Origin: an uncultured Chloroflexia bacterium
GTDB lineage: Bacteria > Chloroflexota > Anaerolineae > Promineifilales > Promineifilaceae
Direction of reading: 5' to 3'
Assembly (NCBI GenBank): GCA_963715935.1
Contig: CAVQSM010000006.1
Coordinates: 19,314-83,313, forward strand
DNA: 64,000 bases
A model generated the notes under the pieces. That model made no database searches, was not told where the DNA came from, and saw only the letters and a program-made list of their open reading frames with translations. Below, in pieces: positions 23,060 through 32,320 of the stretch; the stretch's first letter is position 1; each line of letters begins with the position of its first letter. Position numbers and translations under genes: made by a program.

Positions 23060-23828
23060 TCACCGGTCCTGGCTCATCTTCCAGTACTGCTCGGTGTAGT
23101 AGGCGGGCGCGCTATTCACCGGGTCGGCGGCTTCAACGCTGGCGGCATGCTCGGCAGCCATGTCGTAGTAGACCTGGGTGCTGAAGCTCTGCGTCTGCGG
23201 TGGCGAGCGGCCGGCTTAGCCATGTTCCAGTACTGCTCGGTGAAATAGGCGGAGCCACTGTGCGCCGGGGCTGGGGCCACAAGGTTCGCGGCGTGCTCGG
23301 CAGCCATGTCATAGTAGACCTGGGTGCTGAAGCTCTGAGTCTGCGCGGCGCAGCGGCCGGCTTAGCCATGTTCCAGTACTGCTCGGTGAAGTAGGCGGAG
23401 CCACTGTGCGCCGGGGCTGGGGCCACAAGGTTCGCGGCGTGCTCGGCAGCCATGTCATAGTAGACCTGGCTGTCGAAGCTCCGGACTTCCGGGTCCAGGG
23501 AGACGACACTCGCGGCGTAGGCCTTGGCGTGGTCCCAGTAGACGTCGGTGCTGAAACGGCGATCCTGGACGGCAGATGCTATCTGGGCGCCACTTGCTGC
23601 GTGCTCTCGGGCCATGTCCCAGTACATCTCGGTGCTGAAGCTCTGGCTCTCGACGCCTGCAACTGGATTCGAAACGTTCGCCTCGACCTCGTTCCGGTTG
23701 GCAATGTTTACGGCGACGATAAATGTGGCGATGAGGATAACGGCGATGACGATACGGGCGATGATGCTGTCATTCTTCGAATAGACTGGCATCCGGGATA
23801 CTTTCTTGTCTACTACTTGATTGGTCAT
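23060..23828 (-). CDS. Exported/membrane-anchored repeat protein with eight aromatic cores (frameshifted)
   Basis: AAGGAG RBS; MTNQVVDKK start; hydrophobic IIARIVIAVILIATFIVAV; cores FSTEMYWDMA, FSTDVYWDHA, FDSQVYYDMA, YFTEQYWNMA x2, FSTQVYYDMA x2, YYTEQYWKMS; TGA at 23060. Confidence 0.8.
23080..23480. repeat. Tandem about 146-bp repeat, about 2.7 copies
   Basis: GC.TGCTCGGCAGCCATGTC.TAGTAGACCTGG at 23145, 23291 and 23437. Confidence 0.9.
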
Positions 23829-23879
23829 CTCACTCTCCTTATTGACTGAGCCTTGCGGCTGTTCTTGATTAATGTCTAC

Positions 23880-23956
23880 ACTATACGGGCTGGCCATTAC
23901 CCATCTGTTCCTCCAACCATTCCTCACGGCGCCCATTCATTCCCCTTCCATTCCTC
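23880..23956 (-). promoter_or_regulatory. Promoter of the repeat gene with SARP-type direct repeats
   Basis: Minus-strand TATAGT at 23880-23885; CATTCCTC-like repeats at 23895, 23906, 23918, 23938 and 23949. Confidence 0.55.
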
Positions 23957-24051
23957 TTACGTGGCGTTGCCCGGATATACGAGATTCGAACCGCAACTTT
24001 GGTTGGTGGCGGACAAGCTCAGATGACCGCTTCCCGTGATACAATGGGGGC

Positions 24052-27000
24052 ATGACGAACGGTGGCGGGCGCCTGGAGGTCTATCTCTTCGGAGCGCCCC
24101 GACTGGAACGAAACAACGAGCCGCTGTCCCTCAACAGAAGCAAGGCGCTGGCCTTGCTGGCTTGCCTCTGCGCCGAACCCGTACCCCACACACGCGATGC
24201 GCTGCTCGATTTGCTCTGGCCGCTCTTTGAGCCGGCCGATGCTCGCAACAACCTGCGCCGCGAACTGTCCATCCTGAAATCCACGCTGCCCGACGAGCTG
24301 TTGCTGGCGGACCGGGCGACTATTGGCCTTGACCCGGCGGCCTTGCGCGAGGGGCGTCTGTGGGTGGATAGCAGTCAGTTTGTGGTGCTCGTGGCGCGGG
24401 CGGAGAGCCACGGCGACGCGGACGGCCGTCTCTGCCCCGACTGTCTCCAGGCGCTGTCCGAGGCCGTGACCCTGTACACCGGCGACTTTCTGGCGGGGTT
24501 TAGCCTGCCCGACAGCCCCGCCTTCGATGAGTGGCAGTTCTTCCAGGCCGAACAGAAGCGCCAGGCCGCTGGCTGGGTGTTCGACCGGCTGGTAAGCCAC
24601 CATGAGCAAGCGGGCGAGCTTCAGCTGGCGCTCGCCTACGCCCAGCGTCGGTTGTCTCTGGATCCCCTGCACGAACCGGCACACCGTTCGTTGATGACAC
24701 TGTACGCCCGGACCGGGCAGCAGGCGGCCGCGCTGCGCCAGTATGACAAGCTCCGCGAGCTGCTCCGAGATGAGCTGCAGCTTGAGCCGGAAGCGGCGAC
24801 GCTGGTCCTGGTCGAAGCGATTCGCAGCCGGGCGCTGGGGCCGGCAGACACAGGCGACCCACATCTGCCTGAGGTGACCCGACCCACAGAGGGACGGGTT
24901 GAGCCGGAACGCCGGCGCGAGAGCGGCACGCGCCACAACCTGCCCGGGGATTCGACCCGTTTCATCGGGCGCGACGCGGAGCTGGCGGAGCTGGACGGCC
25001 TGATGGATCAAACGGGCGTGCGCCTGATCACCATCGCCGGGGTGGGCGGCATCGGCAAAACGCGCCTGTCGCTGGCTGCGGCGCGACGCCAGATGGATCG
25101 GACGTTGGCCGGGGGCGACCTGCTGTTTCCCGACGGCGTCTACTGGGTGCCGCTGGCGCCGGTGGATGACCCGGACCAGATTCCGGCGACGGTGGCTCGC
25201 GCCATCGATCTCTCCTTTTCTGACGACGAGCAGGTGGCGCAGGAAGTCATCAACCATCTGCGCGACCGGCGTCTGCTGTTGCTGCTGGACAATATGGAGC
25301 ACCTACTGACGACGCAAAGCAGTGCGTTCTTGGTGGATCTGCTGTCGAATGCGCCCGACGTCACGCTCCTGGTCACCTCGCGCACGCGGCTGAACGTTCG
25401 CGGCGAGCATCTGGTGACTCTCGACGGGCTGGACATGCCTGCGCTGGAAACGCTGGCGCTCTCGCCGGTCAACATGTCGGATAAGTTCGTCGAGGTCGGC
25501 AGCGCTGTAGCGTTGTTCCAGGAATCGGCCCGCCGCACCGCTTCCGGATTCGTCGTTGATGAGGATAACATCCAGCCGGTGCTGCGCATCTGCCGCCTTG
25601 TGGAAGGCATGCCCCTGGCCATTGAGTTGGCGGCCAGCTGGTTGGAGATGCTCGATCCGGAGTCCATTGTCCGAGGAGATTGAGCAGAGCCTCGACTTTC
25701 TAGAAGCGGAATGGCGGGATTTGCCCGCGCGCCAGTCCAGCCTGCGGGCGGTGTTCAACACCTCGTGGCGCTGGCTAACGTCGGAGGAGCAGCACATCCT
25801 GCGTCACCTGACTGTGTTTCGGGGCGGCTTTGACCGGGCCGCAGCTGAGGCGGTGGCCGGCGCCTCGCTGCGCGTGCTCCACGCGCTCGTGGTCAAGAAC
25901 TGGTTGCATCCAGCCGGTCGCGACCGCTACCAGATCCACGAACTGCTGCGCCAGTACGCGGCCGAAGAGCTGGCGGCCATTCCTGGGGCGAGCGATGAGG
26001 CGCGGCAACGCCACGCCGACTACTACGCCGATTTCAATGCCGGGTTGGGCCAGCAGATGCGTCAGGCCGGCTCGACAGGGGTCTATGATGTATTCGAGCA
26101 TGACCTGGACAACATTCGGCTAGCGCTGGCCTGGCTGGTAGAGCAGGGGGATATAGGCCGAATTATTCAGGACATGCTGCCTGCGCTGTTCCGGTATATG
26201 GAATCTCGCTGCAGTTACCATCTTCTTTCCCAACAAATGGATATGGTCGAGGGGAAAGCTCGCGAACTCGGTCTGAGACGCGAGTTGTCCGCTCTGCTGA
26301 CCATTCGCTGCGCCTTCTACTTCAGTGATTACCCTACGCGGTTCCTTGACTGGGGTTGGATGGGTTCGGCAACGCGGTGCAGGTTGCAGGGAGGCGTGGG
26401 AGTTGATGCCGCCCGATCCGGCCGGTATGGGTTACTGGAGCACCTTGTTGGCTTGGCTGTACGCTCATTTCATTGATTTTGAGACCGGCCTGCAGCGACT
26501 CAAGGCATTGCAGGCGCTGTTTCGCGAGCGAGGCATGCGTTGGGAAACAGCGTTTGCGCTGCAATCTGCCGGCCGCCTGGTGTCACTCTACGCACCGGAT
26601 AACGAGCGGTCAACCGGCCAGGCCATGTTGCAGGAGGCAGTTACCATCTTCGAGGAGTTGGGCGATGCGCGCGAGAAGGTAGCCACTTGCTTGTTTATGG
26701 CCATTGAGCGGTGGATAACCCATAACCCGGCAGAGGCACTTCCCCTGGCGCTGGCGGCCCAGGAACGTCTGCGGGCCATTGACGAGCAGACTGATTGCGG
26801 CCAATGTCAACTGGCTGATGGCTGACATCCAGTTCACTCTGGGCCATACGCCCGAGACCCTTGACTATCTGCAGGCCTTCGGCGAGGAGATGGTCACCGC
26901 CAATCGAGCCTATCTGGCTATCACCGCCATCTCGCGGGAGAGCTACGAGGCAGTGCGCTTCGGCGACCTGGACCGGGCGCTGGAGCACCGTCTCCAGTCT

Positions 27001-27667
27001 ACGGCGCTCTACCGAGGTCGACCCAGAATGTTGGCCTACTACGGTTGGGATGCATGGGAGCTGGGTGAACTGTATCGCGTGCGAGGCGAGTTGACCAAGG
27101 CGGAGCAATGGTACGAATGTCGCCCACCGGCAGTTCCAGCAACAGAGATAATGAGTCATGGACAGGCGTTCTTTCTGCGCGGCATGGGTGACCTATCGAT
27201 GATGCAGAGGGCAATACGCTAGACGCGATTCGGCTCTTTCGACAAGAGACAGAAGAAGGCGCGCCAAATGGGCCACAACTGGCTGCGATGTCTATCTTCT
27301 GGCCCGGCTGGCTAGAGCCCTTGCGCGCTGAAAGGCGACATGTCGTCCGGCGGTTGCACATGGCTCATTGAGGCGCTGGCAGATCGGAGGCTCTGGCACG
27401 CTCTAGCGATCTGTCACTGGTCGTCCTGACGGCCGTTGCCCACGTGTATCTCGTGGCGGATCGCGTACGATGAAGCGCGTGCGCTGGCCGAATCGCGTGC
27501 TCAGCCATCCGCTGCTGTGGCGGGAAACGCGGCGGGAAGCGGCCGAGGTGATGGGCATCACCTATGAGGAAGCCGTCCAGCTCACCAATCCGGAGATGTG
27601 GGACCTGCGGCTGGAGGTGGCGAAGCAGTTGGAGGCGCTGGAGCGTCTGGGTGAGTCGCTCTCCTGA
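24052..27667 (+). CDS. SARP/BTAD-domain transcriptional regulator with ATPase and TPR-like region (frameshifted)
   Basis: LFGAPRL, LLWP...ARNNLRRELS, LDPLHEPAHRSLMTLY (BTAD), HNLP...FIGR, GVGGIGKTRL, LLLDNMEH, VEGMPLAIELAA, HELLRQYA. Confidence 0.9.
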
Positions 27668-27875
27668 CCCGCTGGCGGCCGAAATGCGCATCGTCCACGG
27701 CAACGGCGGCACCGGCTGGCAAACGACCCAGATCGGTCAGCGCAACACCGTCACCTACGACTTCACTGTGGAGGAAGGCGGGCCGGTCCGGCTGGGCGCG
27801 GGCTTCCGCAACCGCTTTGCGCTGGCCAACAACGGCTGGTTCATCGACGGTTGGTCGCTCGAAGCGCTTCAGTAA
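27666..27875 (+). repeat. Direct repeat C, orphan copy of the LysM gene 3' end
   Basis: Encodes DPLAAEMRIVHG...FIDGWSLEALQ* with no start codon of its own; begins inside the regulator's TGA. Confidence 0.97.
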
Positions 27876-27884
27876 TTGGGCGTT

Positions 27885-27918
27885 GGCCTGACAGGTGTTG
27901 TCAACACCTGTCAGGCCC
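27885..27918. repeat. REP-like palindrome
   Basis: GGCCTGACAGGTGTTG-TCAACACCTGTCAGGCC; related to the palindromes at 48752 and 59776. Confidence 0.7.
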
Positions 27919-28167
27919 TGGTTGTGACATCAGGTCGGCTCGCTACCATCCGAAGGGCCGGAATAAGCCGATAGGACCTTTCCCTGTTCGAGCTCCTGTA
28001 GCGACCGGGCTCCTTTCCGGACTCCTGGCGTCGGCAGAGCACATGATGGGGATTGTCGCGGCGACGGTTGGCAACCCGACTACCGAAAGAACCTGGATTA
28101 GTTATCCCGCCGCTTTCACTTGTACCCGCGCTGGATATAATGGGATGAACTACAAGGGGCGTGCGCG

Positions 28168-28620
28168 ATGAAACGTTTGACCTTCCCCGCCCCCTTTGTT
28201 CACGATCACCCGCCGGTAGAAGACGTCAATGCCATCGTCGAGGAGCAGTCTACCTTCGGCGAGCGGTCGGCCGACCGTGTGGCGTCCGTTGTTGGTTCAT
28301 GGCCGTTTATCATCTTCCAGCTTATCTTCTTTGCCTTCTGGATTCTCCTTAATGTGACCGCCTGGGTGCGTCATTGGGATCCTTACCCGTTCATTTTGAT
28401 GAATCTGGCGCTCTCGATGGAAGCTGCGTTTACTGCCCCCATTATCATGATGAGCCAAAATCGGCAGTCGTCGCGCGACCGGTTGGAGGCACGTAATGAT
28501 TTCCTGATCAACGAGAAGGCTGAGCAGGAGATCCGCGCCATCCTGGACAATCTGGCGGCCCAGGATGTGGCCTTGCTGGAGATACATCAACAGCTAGCAC
28601 GCCTGCAAGCGGAAGGGTAG
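28168..28620 (+). CDS. DUF1003 family membrane protein
   Basis: GSWPFII, WDPYPFILMNLALS, APIIMMSQNRQ. Confidence 0.9.
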   Translation: MKRLTFPAPFVHDHPPVEDVNAIVEEQSTFGERSADRVASVVGSWPFIIFQLIFFAFWILLNVTAWVRHWDPYPFILMNLALSMEAAFTAPIIMMSQNRQSSRDRLEARNDFLINEKAEQEIRAILDNLAAQDVALLEIHQQLARLQAEG

Positions 28621-28771
28621 TCGGATGGCTAACAGCCGCCGGCGATTGGACCGCGTCTGAAGGCAGGTGGCCAACTGTCTGTTCCTCTTAATCATCAGAT
28701 CCGAATGATCCGTGTTCTCTCTTTCCGTCCTGCCCCACGAAAGCGGCTGGCCGCCGACGCCAACGACCCGC

Positions 28772-29158
28772 CTACAGCCGGTCCGTGTGCCAACGGTACA
28801 GGGCCGCGATGAACGTCAGGGCGGCGCCCCAAATGATGTAGCCGGCCCCGGCACGCACCTGGACCGCCGTCTCGCCGTACAGGTCGGGAAACCACGTCAG
28901 GGCAACGCCGTCGAACAGCATGGCGACTGCGAAAAAGAGCATCGTGCCCGGCACAACCTGGTCCGGCGACAGCCCGCCCAACCGCTGGGTGAAAGACACC
29001 AGCAGCCAGCCGACGGGGATGGTGAGCACGAACAGGATGACGTTCCAGATGCCGGTGTCGAACACCATCGGCAGCAAGCGGATCAGCAGGGCAAAGCCGG
29101 CCCAGCCAACAACGCCGCCCACGGTGAAAATGGTAACTTGTTTGCGAGAAAGCATCAT
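28772..29158 (-). CDS. Small four-TM membrane protein (DUF5367-like)
   Basis: AAGGAG RBS; four hydrophobic helices; FDGVALTWFPDLYG; divergent from a TetR gene. Confidence 0.7.
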   Translation of the reverse strand: MMLSRKQVTIFTVGGVVGWAGFALLIRLLPMVFDTGIWNVILFVLTIPVGWLLVSFTQRLGGLSPDQVVPGTMLFFAVAMLFDGVALTWFPDLYGETAVQVRAGAGYIIWGAALTFIAALYRWHTDRL

Positions 29159-29178
29159 CAATCTCCTTGTTGTTTTAT

Positions 29179-29220
29179 TGTAGCACTCGCTACATAATGG
29201 TGATTGTAGCATGTGCTACA
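29179..29220. promoter_or_regulatory. Two tandem TetR operator palindromes
   Basis: TGTAGC-ACTC-GCTACA (29179-29194) and TGTAGC-ATGT-GCTACA (29205-29220) in the divergent intergenic region. Confidence 0.75.
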
Positions 29221-29256
29221 TTGTTTGCAAACAACTGCGGATGCTACAATGAACCG

Positions 29257-29745
29257 ATGAGCAAAGCGGACACCAAGAAGCGCCTGGCCGTCGAGCGCAT
29301 TATCGCCTACGTCATGGAAGACGGTCTGAGCGATGTGGGGCTGCGGAAGCTGGCCAGTGTGGCCGGCACCAGTGACCGCATGTTGATCTACTACTTCGGC
29401 ACGAAGGATGAGTTGATCAATCTGGTCCTGAACACCATTGCCGGCGCGTTTACCAACGAGTTGGATCGGGCGATGGGCGGGGCGCTGCGCGAGCCGGATG
29501 TGCTGATGCGGGAGCTGACCGAGCTGATGGAGGACGACGCTTTCATGCCGTCGGTCCAGCTTTGGTTTGAGCTGGTCGGTCTGGGTGCGCGTGGCCAGGA
29601 ACCGTACGCTTCCAACGCGAAGCTGTTGGCGGCCAACTGGATCGGCTGGATCAACGACCACCTGGTCGCCCCTTCCGACGAGGTGGCCCGCGACTTGTAT
29701 GCCCACCTGGATGGGCGGCTGCTGCTCAAGATGATCGACCCCTAG
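29257..29745 (+). CDS. TetR/AcrR family transcriptional regulator
   Basis: N-terminal HTH GLSDVGLRKLASVAGTSDRMLIYYFGTKDEL. Confidence 0.92.
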   Translation: MSKADTKKRLAVERIIAYVMEDGLSDVGLRKLASVAGTSDRMLIYYFGTKDELINLVLNTIAGAFTNELDRAMGGALREPDVLMRELTELMEDDAFMPSVQLWFELVGLGARGQEPYASNAKLLAANWIGWINDHLVAPSDEVARDLYAHLDGRLLLKMIDP

Positions 29746-29804
29746 CCCGCTTGTAACGAAAGATACTGTTGCCCGCCGCTGCCAGACCGTAGAATGGCAG
29801 CATC

Positions 29805-30983
29805 ATGAAACGGATACTCAAATGGGCCGGTATTGTGATCGGCTTCTTGCTCATGTTCTTGTTCGGCGCGGCGGCCGTTTCCCTGCTGGTTAACCTGCAA
29901 CAGCCAGCCACCTCGGCCACCCCGGACCGGCTCAGCGACCAGCAGCAGGCGCAGGCGAGCGAATATCTCCACCTGCAGAGCGAACTGGGCGACGCGGTCT
30001 GGCCCGGCTTTGGCGACCCGCTGATTCCCGCCGTCATCTATAACGAAGAGACCGTCTTTCTGGTCGGTCTGGACGACCCGGCGGCGGGCTGGCAGTCGAT
30101 GCCCAACGGCCGTCCGCAAGGCAGTGGGTGGCAGCCGGTTGACGACGGAACGGCCGCCGGTCTGACCCTCTACCGCCAGCCGCTGCCGACCAACGGCCAG
30201 ACGCCGCAAGCGTTCACGGTGCGCGTCGGCGACGAGTGGGCGGCGAGCATGACCACGTTGGAATGGATGCGTATTGGCCTGGCTGAGCAGATGAAGGATG
30301 AGCTGCCGCCGCTGGTGGCCGACATCTTCCCGTATGGCTTGTTCATCGACCAATTGGTCAGCGGCACGGACCAGTACGAGACGCTCATCATCCATGAGGC
30401 GTTCCACGCCCACCAGGGCCGGGTCGCGCCGGAGCGGTTGGCCGCGGCGGAAGCGGCGCTGGCGGCCCAGGACGGTTACCCGTGGGACGACCCGGACGTG
30501 GAGGCGGCGTGGCAGGCGGAGCTCGACGTGTTGGCCGAGGCGCTGCGGGCCGGCGACGATGATGAGGCGGCCGCGCTGGCGACCGAATTCCTCTCCTTGC
30601 GCGCCAATCGTCGCACGACCACTGGCCTGACCCCGGCGCAGATTGAGCTGGAACGGCAGCGCGAATGGCTGGAGGGGTTGGCCCGCTATGTGGAGCTGGG
30701 CATCTGGCGCGAGGCAGCCACTGACGCGGCGTATGAACCGGTCGCCGCGCTGGCGGCCGTCGACGACTTCGACCGGTACGCCGGGTTCGACCAGCGCTGG
30801 GAGCGGGAGCTGGACCAGATGACGCGCATGGCAGGCGATCCGGGGGAAGGACGTTTCTACTACAGCGGCATGGCCCAGGCGATGCTGCTCGACCGGCTCG
30901 ACCCTGGCTGGAAGATAACCGCGTTGCAGCCGGGCGTCTTTCTGGAGGATCAGCTGGCGGAAGCGCTGGCAGACAGCCGTTAG
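29805..30983 (+). CDS. Membrane-anchored HEXXH-motif hypothetical protein
   Basis: N-terminal TM segment; IIHEAFHAHQ and downstream WLEGLARYVE. Confidence 0.7.
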   Translation: MKRILKWAGIVIGFLLMFLFGAAAVSLLVNLQQPATSATPDRLSDQQQAQASEYLHLQSELGDAVWPGFGDPLIPAVIYNEETVFLVGLDDPAAGWQSMPNGRPQGSGWQPVDDGTAAGLTLYRQPLPTNGQTPQAFTVRVGDEWAASMTTLEWMRIGLAEQMKDELPPLVADIFPYGLFIDQLVSGTDQYETLIIHEAFHAHQGRVAPERLAAAEAALAAQDGYPWDDPDVEAAWQAELDVLAEALRAGDDDEAAALATEFLSLRANRRTTTGLTPAQIELERQREWLEGLARYVELGIWREAATDAAYEPVAALAAVDDFDRYAGFDQRWERELDQMTRMAGDPGEGRFYYSGMAQAMLLDRLDPGWKITALQPGVFLEDQLAEALADSR

Positions 30984-31020
30984 GCGGACGCGCCGAGCGT
31001 GACGTTCGGCGGCGCGATCG

Positions 31021-31034
31021 GTGACATTTATCAC
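31021..31034. promoter_or_regulatory. CRP/FNR/Rex-type palindrome
   Basis: GTGA-CATTTA-TCAC about 65 bp upstream of the Fe-S gene. Confidence 0.4.
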
Positions 31035-31100
31035 GTGCCGACCTGGCTTGGTCTGACGTATCCTGAGAGGGATCCACCGTCCAATCAGGGAGCGCGTGCC

Positions 31101-32227
31101 ATGTCCGGTTCCGTCTACGATCAACTTGCCACCCATCTCGACAGCCTGCCATGCGGCTTCCCGCCCACCGAGTCGGGCGTGGAGCTGCGCATCCTGCGCC
31201 GCCTGTTCGCGCCGGAGGAAGCGGCGCTGGCCCTCCACACGACGCTGCTGCCCGAAGAGCCGCGCGTGGTGGCCCGCCGCGCCGGGCTGCCGGTCGAGCA
31301 AACGGCCGTCATGCTGGAGACAATGGCCAGCAAAGGGCTGCTCTATGCCCTCTACCCGAAAGGCAAGCCGCCGAAGTACATGGCTGCCCAGTACGTGATC
31401 GGCCTGTTCGAGTGGCAGGTCCACCGCATGACGCCGGAGCTGGCGGCCGATCTGGACGACTATTTCGAGACGTTCGGCCGTCCGGAGTGGTGGCAGCGCG
31501 GCCCACAGATTCGCACCGTGCCTGTGGCCGAGTCCATCACTGTTCTGAACGACGTGCTCGACTACGAACGGGCCGAAGCGTTGGTGGAGCGGCAGACCCG
31601 CTTCGCCGTCGCCCCCTGCGTTTGTCGCAAGGAGCGCGGCATGCTGGGCCACGGCTGCGACAAGCCGCTGGAGACGTGCCTCGTCTTCGGCAGCGCGGCC
31701 GACTACTACGTGCGGCAGGGGATGGGTCGGACGATTGACAAGGCGGAGGCGCTGCGCATCTTGCAGAAAGCCGACCGCGCCGGGCTGGTGCTGCAACCGG
31801 GGAACGCGAAGAAGGCGGCGTCGATCTGTTGCTGTTGTGGCGACTGCTGCGGCGTCTTGCGGGCGGCCAAGAAACACCCCCAACCGGCAACGGTGCTGGC
31901 TTCGCCCTTTGTCATTGCCTACGAGCGCGAGAAGTGCAGCGGCTGCGGGCTGTGCCTGACCCGCTGCCAGATGGAGGCGGTCGATCTGGACGACGACTGC
32001 CTGCCCGTCTTCGACCTCGACCGCTGCATCGGCTGCGGCCTGTGCGTGACCACCTGCGCCACCGAAGCGCTGTCGCTGATGCGCAAGGGCCCGACGACCA
32101 GCCGTACGTGCCCGCCACGCTGGCCGAGGCCAACATCCGCCTGGCGATGGCCGGCGGCAAGATGGGGCTGGTCGATATGGCCGGGCTGGTGGTGCGGTCG
32201 AAGGTGGACCGGCTGCTGGCGAAGTAG
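31101..32227 (+). CDS. 4Fe-4S dicluster-domain protein with N-terminal HTH-like region (frameshift near the 3' end)
   Basis: CVCRK, ICCCCGDCC, CSGCGLCLTRC and CIGCGLCVTTC motifs. Confidence 0.88.
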
Positions 32228-32320
32228 GCCCAGACCAGCTGGATCTCTTTCGCGTTTTGCAAGCAGGCCGCCATGCCTGCGCTTGCCTTACCAACCGTAC
32301 ATTTCGATGGAGGCTGTCTA

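Noticed and set aside
23060-23828. RiPP biosynthetic cluster around the multi-core protein
   Set aside because: No modifying enzyme, dedicated peptidase or transporter is adjacent; kept only as a signalling or repeat-protein hypothesis.
22724-27875. Template/variable repeat pair of a diversity-generating retroelement
   Set aside because: No reverse transcriptase in the window, and the mismatches are mostly synonymous rather than adenine-specific.
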